The position numbers and the translations under genes are program-made. Shown one piece after another: positions 19,901-27,867 of a stretch of 36,928 nucleotides of DNA. The notes beneath the pieces are model-generated. The model did no database searches. It was not told the origin of the DNA and saw only the letters and a list, made by a program, of their open reading frames with translations. The DNA comes from Trichomonas gallinae (Eukaryota). Where the stretch lies: positions 1 through 36,928 of the forward strand of contig MRSU01001586.1 in NCBI GenBank assembly GCA_008369845.1, read 5' to 3'. How positions within the stretch are numbered: position 1 is the stretch's first letter; every line of letters starts with the position of its first letter.

Positions 19901-21326
19901 TTTTGTTGTGGCATGCTTCTATTGCGTTTTCCACTGACTGCAGGAAAAATTTATGTTCAGCAAATTTCGATGATGTCATTATTTGAGTGCATTGATCATT
20001 TGTGATTATATCTGTTATTTTCATTGGTGCTTTTTCAGCTTTATTTGTATTAACTATTTTTGTTGTTGATGCTCGCTGCCTGAAGTAGTTCTTTTTAGGA
20101 TTATTTATATCTGGTGCATTTTGCAGTTCATTCATGAAATGAGATTTAACTGCTGGTGATAGTTTTTCGCTAATATTTTGAATAATTTCGCCAAACTTTT
20201 TATATAAATATCTTGAAATTTGCATTGCATATTTTTTGACTTCAGAGTTTGAGCTACTTAAAGCAGTAGTTAATAAAGGCAGATAATGATTAAGATCAAG
20301 ATCGCCTGGTCCGAATATATCTAATATCTGTAATGTGATTTCTAAAACGGAAGCTATTGTTTTTTGATTTTTCTTTGATGAAGCAATTTCTAGAAACTGC
20401 AAAATCATAAAATTTGGACATATAGCTTCTGATATCATTAAATCTAAATCGAATATAGACTTTTTGAGCTTTGTGTCTGATCCTTTTTCAACTAGATACG
20501 GAAGAATCATGTAAACAACAGATTTCGTAATATTTTCTGCTTTTGTGATAATATGCCTTATTATATCAATCATCAATTGGTTGACGAGTGTGTTTGATTC
20601 CTTGAATCCTGGAATCTGAGAGATTCCAAGGAAAAATAATTCGGCAACATTATCAAGGTCTTCTTCTGACTGTAATAAACCTTGTATTTCGTTGAGACCT
20701 TTTATCCTCTGTTTAAATAAGCGCGAGTTTAGTAGTTTTGCTATATCTTGTCCGACATAATTAATAAATTCTTCCTTTGTAAATGATGATTGCGTCATTT
20801 CTGTATCGGATTCTGTATCTTTGACTGCTATTCGCTGAGGAAGTGGTAGATTTAATATCAGTGGCGTTATTTCTTCCACTTCTTCAATCGGTTGACCGAA
20901 AGCATCTGAAGGAAGGTTGTCTAAGTTATACGATTTGTTGTTATTTATGCGCATTATAGGTGAACCCGACGGAATCTTCACTGGACTCTGAAATTCATCA
21001 TTTTTGGGAATTTTTGAAATGTATTTATTTGTAATATTATTTATGTTATACTCGGAATTTCCATCATTAGAGTCGTAAACAGTAAACATTTGTTCGGTTT
21101 CGTTATCAGGAAGTGGAGATATTGATTGTCGAGAAGGAAGTGTTTGAGAAAATCGAGTTTTCTGTGGTGAATATCGAATACTATGAAATTGTGGTGAGTT
21201 TAAAGGCGAATTTTTGTTTTTTGGCTTAATAGTTCGAAATGTCATTGAATTGTCAAAATCACTCGAATTAAATCCATTAATTTGGTAATTTGGCGTGTAT
21301 CTCGTCTGATTTTCCTGCTCAATCAT
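16926..21326 (-). CDS. TOG/HEAT-repeat microtubule-associated protein, XMAP215/Dis1 (CKAP5)-like
   Basis: LNSRLFKQRIKGL, PGFKESNTLV, LVEKGSDTKLKK, KNQKTI, FGPGDLD and ALSSSNSEVKKYA match TOG HEAT A-F loops (TOG3-like). Further TOG-like blocks follow (WGDQRQSLREAA, IDDKSPNVRTKA). First in-frame ATG is 21326, but the frame is open from 21485. Confidence 0.75.
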   Translation of the reverse strand: MIEQENQTRYTPNYQINGFNSSDFDNSMTFRTIKPKNKNSPLNSPQFHSIRYSPQKTRFSQTLPSRQSISPLPDNETEQMFTVYDSNDGNSEYNINNITNKYISKIPKNDEFQSPVKIPSGSPIMRINNNKSYNLDNLPSDAFGQPIEEVEEITPLILNLPLPQRIAVKDTESDTEMTQSSFTKEEFINYVGQDIAKLLNSRLFKQRIKGLNEIQGLLQSEEDLDNVAELFFLGISQIPGFKESNTLVNQLMIDIIRHIITKAENITKSVVYMILPYLVEKGSDTKLKKSIFDLDLMISEAICPNFMILQFLEIASSKKNQKTIASVLEITLQILDIFGPGDLDLNHYLPLLTTALSSSNSEVKKYAMQISRYLYKKFGEIIQNISEKLSPAVKSHFMNELQNAPDINNPKKNYFRQRASTTKIVNTNKAEKAPMKITDIITNDQCTQIMTSSKFAEHKFFLQSVENAIEACHNKIQSNDLEIILKSLLFLAANGNQNIVALSLVVMRKLAESADPGISKFANYAAEAVIGAWGDQRQSLREAATDTAVSYKNTAVFVKSILSVKSLSSGMRLEIFKYIERMSNEIQPSDLAKLVPIIFSSIDDKSPNVRTKALSAASIVRSITPDVYQQNFERASRDIQKKLNQISSPTKRKQEDIKSPVTKSDDVKSVSSAKSEPKKEIFPKSEKSAKQVVETKLSIITDQDKKDKRLANLSDLLNNQNISEKAKNQKIAETTKNDSQIIFPHSIFKGLFSTTLAEQIVSLGNISALLKTDRFSIELCSDVFVRYFSIKVAEKQIKLVQIILQILNDIFTSCPISIIELKFIIPQIFLCYENLSELSPECDDLLFLFRVNCDVKILSEIYISLIPKTPNSLHIILAELSYLLVHDINILMQLFVSCSSLLNHENESIRKSAGALLSSIASQLSDSERESFVKDINGENIERIAKYFPVASNSFRFSFAGFSTMDKVKKLQQTRLCVKALRENNDVYVDLAVSELLDFFLEEELDWTITKSLLFSLSEVVGRGKVQKDGLERLFSVICFFANRRQRQIIAVDGLSTLIGAICFRIASRLSARASFGVIYDGMVSFCLAVTPECFYAKLWTALLLQFEHICKGNPDDAEDCYVFASEKLEGADSEKLLSKLLQALADTAYKLREESFNENIQQDFQNNEHESILETTRHISPIRNPRKSLPSRIPQFMPKASKSKLQLASFEQLSIAPSESQQSSDEKPMKKKSEIPKPNKSEIPKPNKKAAKKKSSETPRKNVRYDKESSEDDLPINASLKETPQSVKSLIHQLEMKTPKSTKSKSPPIILSSVKQISPRNPNENDNENDVTFDNDVEEVIHTPIEIPNGAFAEIFAKVSTSPPRPPPSSSLPSTPFLDHPRDRRMEIPIPPSIAVEVREETLSEFADEENTDNELPFPHADVVSDEEAQFLPVSAENSKSGLSDVVGAISGVLRKWNEESISNI

Positions 21327-21493
21327 TGAACTTAAGATATTTATTTCTGGACTGAGCGGATTGTCTGTAAAATGTAAAAAAGTTCCATCCACATCAACAA
21401 TTCTCGCCCCAGATTCACTTAGAACTTCGCTGAAATCGGACTGGAATGAAAAGTTTCTCTTATTTTGCTGCGACAAATTCAAATTTTATTTTT

Positions 21494-21505
21494 AAACCGC
21501 CAAAA
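21494..21505 (-). promoter_or_regulatory. TTTTGGCGGTTT: overlapping E2F-like (TTTGGCG) and Myb/M3-like (GCGGTT) motif
   Basis: GC island in an AT-rich spacer just upstream of the open frame of the TOG gene. Function is inferred from consensus similarity only. Confidence 0.4.
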
Positions 21506-22291
21506 TTTGGCACTTTTTTATTTTGTATTTTTCCAATCTCATTTAAAATAGATCTTTTATGTAATAACAAAACTAAAAATCAACTTTTTTGCGATTTTGT
21601 ATATTTATTTTTTTCTTGATAAAAATATCTATGCATTTATAGTATTTCATTAACATAATTCAATATATTAGCTTGATGATATTCTATTGTCCAATATAAT
21701 ATACTGCAATTTTGAATTTTCATCAATCAAAATTTTTTAATGATGAATTCTTGTATAATTTTAAATTTCAAGCATATCATTATCAGATAATATAAGATTT
21801 CCGATTCATATTTTTAATTTAACATTTTATATTTTGATTTCAGTCTTTTTCTATTACAATATATCACAATATTAGATAAATTATGATAATTTGGCTTATT
21901 TAAACACTCAATGAAAAATTATATTTTTGATCAAAAAATTAAAGGATGTATAGCGATTACTGATGGATCATATATAATATGAAGCAAGTCAACTTGATGC
22001 TCAGTATGTTTGTAGATAAAGAAGCTCAAGAATTAATTTGATGTATTTTGTAAACTCAATTTCTTCAAAAGTTAACTCACAAAATTGAATACAGAGGCCA
22101 TGTCCTGCAAAATTTTCTCATTTATGGCTTCTTAGTTGGTCACCTGACTTTTTATCGAATATAGAGTGAACCGGAGCCCTAACCCAAGCAAATATTACAT
22201 CCAGACAAGCTCATATCCGCTCACGATAGTCTCAAAACACTGGAGGTTGGCTTTGTTTCTTATCAAAATTTTTGCGATCCATTAAATTTTT

Positions 22292-22314
22292 GTCACTTTT
22301 CAATCACTTCATTT
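22292..22314 (+). promoter_or_regulatory. Tandem Inr-like motifs GTCACTTT...TCACTTCATTT
   Basis: 15-37 nt upstream of ATG 22329, with the same TCACTTCATT string as the histone-like gene. Confidence 0.65.
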
Positions 22315-22328
22315 TTATTTTTGCTCTG

Positions 22329-22919
22329 ATGGCCAAGGATATCAAGCAACTATACGAGGAGTTCAGTATCCCACAGAACGTCATAGAAAGAACAGAGAGA
22401 TTCGCCAATACAATCAAGGAGACCGCCAAAGTTGACAACAACATGTCTGTCCTTGATTTCGGCTGCGAGAAGGGCTTAGTCGGCTTGAATATCATCCAGA
22501 AGGCCAAAAAGGTTACATTCTTGGATCCACACAAGGAAGCCATTGATAACGTTAAGAAGCATCTTGAGTTCCTTGAGCTTAATAACTACGAGTTAGTCAA
22601 CAAGCCAATCGAAGAATACGAGGGTGAGAAGTTTGATCTCATTTTTGCTTCTATCTGCTTACATCACGTCGAAGATTACAAAGGAGCTCTCGCAAAGATG
22701 CACTCATTACTTAATCCAAACGGACAGCTCATTATCATCGAGATTTACACAGGAGTAATTCCAGATTCTGTCCCTATTCCACACCACGGATTAGAACCAA
22801 AGGTTTTGGTTGAAGCAGTTACAGAAAAGGGATTCGCTGATGCCAAGTGGGAGGATTACGGCCACTTCGAGCACTTAAATCAACAGGTCCCAATTTATCT
22901 TGTTACAGCTCACGTTTGA
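22329..22919 (+). CDS. Class I SAM-dependent methyltransferase (bacterial-like), 196 aa
   Basis: Motif I VLDFGCEKGLVG, post-I VTFLD, motif II EKFDLIF, then LHHVED and LLNPNGQLIIIE. ATG at 22329; the track's TTG 22272 runs through the Inr. Confidence 0.9.
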   Translation: MAKDIKQLYEEFSIPQNVIERTERFANTIKETAKVDNNMSVLDFGCEKGLVGLNIIQKAKKVTFLDPHKEAIDNVKKHLEFLELNNYELVNKPIEEYEGEKFDLIFASICLHHVEDYKGALAKMHSLLNPNGQLIIIEIYTGVIPDSVPIPHHGLEPKVLVEAVTEKGFADAKWEDYGHFEHLNQQVPIYLVTAHV

Positions 22920-23462
22920 GCTTATTTATTCTTACCTAAAAGAATAATTATGCGTAACATGTCTTATATTTATCATATTTTTTTCATGAATTCAAAATTA
23001 TTTTGATTTGAAAAAATATTAGCTCGAATAGAGTTATGGTAACATTAGTAAATTATATAATTTATGCAAATATATATGAGATTATCCAACAAAGGACAAA
23101 AGAGATAGATAAAGAATATTCTAATTCATGTTGAGATTCAGCGATAGCTTTGCAATTAATAATTTGTTTTGGCTATAGCTATGAGAATAATGACCATTAC
23201 ATTATTTTTTGAGCCCAAAATAATATAACAATATCTGTATAAAAATAATTCTGACATGTAAATTTAATATTTGACAATAAATAGACTATATTAACCTTAT
23301 TTGCAATTTGAGAGTTTGAGTCATTCCATTGAGTTTTCCTGCGATGTTCACATGTGTAGATGAAATATTTCACATTTTTGTTAAAAACTTGTTTTTCGGA
23401 AATCTTAGGCAAGTTTACAATCTTATATCGTCGTATTATAAAATTTCAAAAAATATCCCGAA

Positions 23463-26400
23463 ATGCAGAGAGGAAATCCACCTCTGCCTCAAGGATATAA
23501 TTTCTATGGTGCCCCTGGACGTGGTGGTCCATCATATTATCCCCAAATGCAGATGGGAAATCATGGAATGCCTCCACAGCCATATTATCCTGGCACTCCT
23601 CATACTCCACCTGGTTATCCTCCGAACTATCCACCTCCAATGCATTACATGCCTCCTCCGCCTCCTGGATATTTTCAACCACAATTGGAACAAAGGCCAG
23701 GAGTTCCGCCACAACACATGATGCCTGGTGCTATGCCATACATACCAATGCCACAGCCAGGACAACCAATCCCACCTGGATATCATATGATGTATCCTTA
23801 TCCACCACCATACGGTTTTCCGCCTGGAATGATGCCTCCTCCAGGTGTTATGCCGGGTGTTCCACAATCTCCGACGCATAAACCATCTCATCAATATAAT
23901 ATATCACCACAGCCGAAAAAATTGCCAGAAAATATGCAACAATATCAGCAATCGAGATTTACACAACCTAATCAAGAAATGAATTTAAATAATCAAAGTA
24001 ATTTATATAATCGACAAAATGAATTGCAAAATTCGCGAAATAATAACCAACAACAGCAACAATACCAACAACCATCAGGTTTAGCTGCAGCTACAGCCTT
24101 TGGAATTGAAGCTGAAGTTCCAGGAATGAAATCTCAATCACAAATGCAAAAATCATCACCAAATCAACAAAATATTGGACAAAGTGGAATTGCTGCAGCA
24201 GAAAGATATGGAATTTCGGCAAAATTACCAACAGATTCAAATTATCAATCTCAATCACAACAAAATCAACAAAATACATACATTAATGATTCATACAAAC
24301 AAAAAGCAGTACAAAACGCTTCAAAATTCGGAATTAGCGCTCAATTACCAGGACAATATCTGCAGCAACAACAGCCACAAGGATCCAGACAGATACAGTT
24401 AGCTGCTCGCTATGGAATTAACGCGCAGTTACCTGGAATGCCCAACAAAGAAGCAAACGTTTTAATTGCATCTGAATATGGCATAAAAGCTGAAATTCCA
24501 GGAATGAACCAACAACAGCAAATGCAGCAATCACGTGGAAATCAAAACAAACTCTCTTTCGGAAGAGTTGGAGGAAATCAATCTCCACTGCCAACTCTTG
24601 CTTCTTTTGGAATCACTATTCAACGTCCAGGCCGCGAGGAACCTCAAATGGAAGAACCACAACCAGAAAGAGCACACAGAAAGAAGAAGAGGAAAACATC
24701 AAATTTACAATTATCTCCAGAAGAACTTTTGGAAGAAGTTTTATACGACTACGGTTACTGCCTTCCAGATGATTTCGCATATTATTTGCCAGATCTCATT
24801 GATTACCAATATATTTATGAAATTCTTAATACTGTCGAAGATGAATATCTCAGACTTGTCACAGATATAAACTTGGACGAGAAAATGACAATTATAACAC
24901 CACAATATCTTGATGCAGTTATCAAGCACATCAAAAAACCATCGCAATATCCATCGCCTCCTGATCCCGAACTGCCAGAGATTCTTTCAAGGAAGAAGAA
25001 GCACTCGCATAAACATGGCTCACAGCATATATCAGTTGATACAGCAAAACCGTTGAAGCTGCAGAAGAAAGAATTCGCATCCGATTACGAATACGAAGAG
25101 GAAGAACAAAGAGATCAAGTCAGACATAGACGAAATGGAAAACAGTCTCTTATGTCAAGAGGATTCAATAGCACACAAGATGATTACAATGATGTCGAAG
25201 CTGATGATGAGCTTGGTCCTCAGTTCGTGCAACAGAAAGAAGATAATTACGAAGAGGAGATGATCAACGATGAAAATGTTGAATTCGAAAATGCTCCAAT
25301 TGTCTTAGAAAAAGAACCAGAAGGAAAACAAGAAGAAGAAGAGAAATTTGAGGAACTTGGTCCTGCATTCGTCATGGATGTTTCTCTGAAATCAAAACCT
25401 GAAGAATTCACTGCTTCCAACAAAGAAATCGGAAAACCAGAAGAACTACAACAAATTACTCAATCAGTTGTTGTCAAAGAAGAAGTCGATTTCACTCCCT
25501 CAAACGAAGAACTCGGAAAATCAGAAGAAGAACCACAACAAATCACACAACCAGTTGTTGTCAAAGAAGAATTTATTCCATCTAACGAAGAAATTGGAAA
25601 ACCAGAAGAAAAATTAACAAACAATACAGAACAAATCACTCAACGAATTGTTGTCAAAGAAAATATTGAGATCATTTCACCAAACGAAGAAATTGGAAAA
25701 CCAGAAGAAATGCCTAAAGAAGAAATAATTGCTGTTACACAAAGTAATGAAGAATTCGAAAATCAAGATGTTAAAATTGAAAATCAACCAGTGGATATTT
25801 CATTTCCTGATGAAAATTATGATAAACCAGAAGAAATTGAGCCACAAATTGAAGAAAATCCAGAGAAAAATTTTATCAAGCAAGAAATAGATGATATGCA
25901 ATCAGAAGAAGAAGACTTGGTCAATCTTGATGGAGAAATAGTTGCTGAAGAAGAGGATGGAGTTGAATTTTATGAAGAAGAAGAACAAGATGATGATTTT
26001 CTCGGTGAAGAAGAGTTCAATGAAGATATTGAATATTTCCAAGGTAGTGATGGAATCATTTATGATAGATTCTGGCCAGAAAATGGACAAATTCTTGAAC
26101 AGTACTCAGAGTTGTTCCCAATAGCTTATGCTTCTCAATATCCAGAATCATTCATTAACTGCATCAATGCTTTCCTGAAAGCTGCACCAGACTTTATTGA
26201 GATCAGCATGGATCCAAACTTCGAGAATACTTTACAGCCTGTTTCATACGGCGACATACAGAAAGCAATCGAAGACAAAAAGAACAGAGAGCTTTCTAAA
26301 AATATATCAGTCAAGAAATCATCAGACAAATCAGCTAAACTTAGCGTAAAGCGCAATGAAGAAGATATAACACTCCCTGAAAAACCAAAACCAGAAATAA

Positions 26401-27230
26401 TCGAAAAACCTAAGCAAGAAGTTATCGAAAAATCAAAGGTTTCTAATGATAAAGATATTGTGACAGAACAAGTAGATAAAGTTGATCAGCTAATTTCTAA
26501 TGATCAACTATCTGTTGAAAGAATACAAAAGACAAATACTCCAGGAAAAATCGAAGTTAGAAAGATGACAGAAGAAGAAAAGAAATTGTACCAAGAAGAC
26601 AAAGATCTGACAGATATTGCAACACCAATTTTGAACAATGAGGAGGAGAATGTTATTCTGACATTCCCCAATGACAAGAAGAGCTACATAAAGTCGAAGG
26701 ATGGAAAGTTCATCTACGAGATTCCAGCAGGATACGAAAATCTTCCTCCAGACTCACTTTTGGAAATGTTGGAAGATGAAGAATGCGGAAAATTCACACC
26801 AGTATCAGATATCAAGGGTGGCGATGAGTTCTTAATAAACCCTGATGAGTTTGAGATGTTCCCTGATGAACCTCCTAAGCCTCAGATGAAACCAAAACCA
26901 AAAGAAATAACAATCGGTCAAGCACCTAAATCTATTAACTTGGGAGGAACAAATATAGTAATAGAGAGGAGGAAACCTGGTGATCCATTACCACAAGATA
27001 TTGTTCCAGTTAGATTCGAAGATTTCGAGGACGATTTTGATGATGACGACTTCCAAGTTTACCAAAATCCTGCTTACGCGAATAACTTAGATGATATTCC
27101 ACCAGATATGCTTCAAGCTATGCTCGACATCCCAGATGATCAAAATATGTATAACACTCAGGTATATGAAACTTATCCTGATGCTCCCATAGTTGTTGAA
27201 AGAAATAGAAATGCAAAAAAGATATATTAA
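23463..27230 (+). CDS. Hypothetical 1255-aa largely disordered protein (Pro/Tyr/Met/Gly-rich N-terminus, Gln-rich region with (F/Y)GI.A.LPG repeats, acidic repeat region)
   Basis: Long ATG-initiated ORF, stop within TAAA. Internal repeats are visible; no recognised catalytic domain. Confidence 0.85.
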   Translation: MQRGNPPLPQGYNFYGAPGRGGPSYYPQMQMGNHGMPPQPYYPGTPHTPPGYPPNYPPPMHYMPPPPPGYFQPQLEQRPGVPPQHMMPGAMPYIPMPQPGQPIPPGYHMMYPYPPPYGFPPGMMPPPGVMPGVPQSPTHKPSHQYNISPQPKKLPENMQQYQQSRFTQPNQEMNLNNQSNLYNRQNELQNSRNNNQQQQQYQQPSGLAAATAFGIEAEVPGMKSQSQMQKSSPNQQNIGQSGIAAAERYGISAKLPTDSNYQSQSQQNQQNTYINDSYKQKAVQNASKFGISAQLPGQYLQQQQPQGSRQIQLAARYGINAQLPGMPNKEANVLIASEYGIKAEIPGMNQQQQMQQSRGNQNKLSFGRVGGNQSPLPTLASFGITIQRPGREEPQMEEPQPERAHRKKKRKTSNLQLSPEELLEEVLYDYGYCLPDDFAYYLPDLIDYQYIYEILNTVEDEYLRLVTDINLDEKMTIITPQYLDAVIKHIKKPSQYPSPPDPELPEILSRKKKHSHKHGSQHISVDTAKPLKLQKKEFASDYEYEEEEQRDQVRHRRNGKQSLMSRGFNSTQDDYNDVEADDELGPQFVQQKEDNYEEEMINDENVEFENAPIVLEKEPEGKQEEEEKFEELGPAFVMDVSLKSKPEEFTASNKEIGKPEELQQITQSVVVKEEVDFTPSNEELGKSEEEPQQITQPVVVKEEFIPSNEEIGKPEEKLTNNTEQITQRIVVKENIEIISPNEEIGKPEEMPKEEIIAVTQSNEEFENQDVKIENQPVDISFPDENYDKPEEIEPQIEENPEKNFIKQEIDDMQSEEEDLVNLDGEIVAEEEDGVEFYEEEEQDDDFLGEEEFNEDIEYFQGSDGIIYDRFWPENGQILEQYSELFPIAYASQYPESFINCINAFLKAAPDFIEISMDPNFENTLQPVSYGDIQKAIEDKKNRELSKNISVKKSSDKSAKLSVKRNEEDITLPEKPKPEIIEKPKQEVIEKSKVSNDKDIVTEQVDKVDQLISNDQLSVERIQKTNTPGKIEVRKMTEEEKKLYQEDKDLTDIATPILNNEEENVILTFPNDKKSYIKSKDGKFIYEIPAGYENLPPDSLLEMLEDEECGKFTPVSDIKGGDEFLINPDEFEMFPDEPPKPQMKPKPKEITIGQAPKSINLGGTNIVIERRKPGDPLPQDIVPVRFEDFEDDFDDDDFQVYQNPAYANNLDDIPPDMLQAMLDIPDDQNMYNTQVYETYPDAPIVVERNRNAKKIY

Positions 27231-27867
27231 AAATAATTGTTTCAATTTATTAATTTGCTAAACTTTTTTATGTCATCTATTCTCACAATACTCGTAAATC
27301 AAAGTATTGTTGCATTTGATGAAATTTTGTAATTTCAATTTTTGTTCAAATTTTGATTTTTATATCAGAAGATGAGTTCATTGTAAAGGTTGCGTTATTG
27401 TCTTTTTACTGCTGTTGATATGTTTTAATCAAATTTTTAATCAAATTTAACAATAAACGTATATTTGACATATATTTGTTTACATGTCAAAAACTATAAT
27501 TTTTCTTTTTCGATAATAAATTTACTTCCAATGAATTCAGCAGCAGTCAAATATGCATATTTTCAATCCCAGACATGTAAATCATAAAAGATATAATTCG
27601 ATCATTACAGAAATGATATTTGGAAATGCTGAGTCATACACTGTATTCCGCATGCCTTGTGCATGACATTGCGCGAAAGCTGGATTTTGTTGTTTAAACA
27701 AAACTAGAGGTATCGTTTGAATTTCATCAAAAAATTTCAAACAAAAAAATTTGAATTAAATAGATCATTAAGATGTATACATCATGAAATTCCAGTCAAA
27801 AACAAATTTAATTTTTTTTAGTAATCGTTTTTCTCTTAAAAAGTAAAGCTGGTTTCACACGGGAATT

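Noticed and set aside
23329..23894. Overlapping alternative-frame and antisense ORFs at the Pro-rich N-terminus
   Set aside because: By-products of CCA/CCT-rich low-complexity coding sequence.
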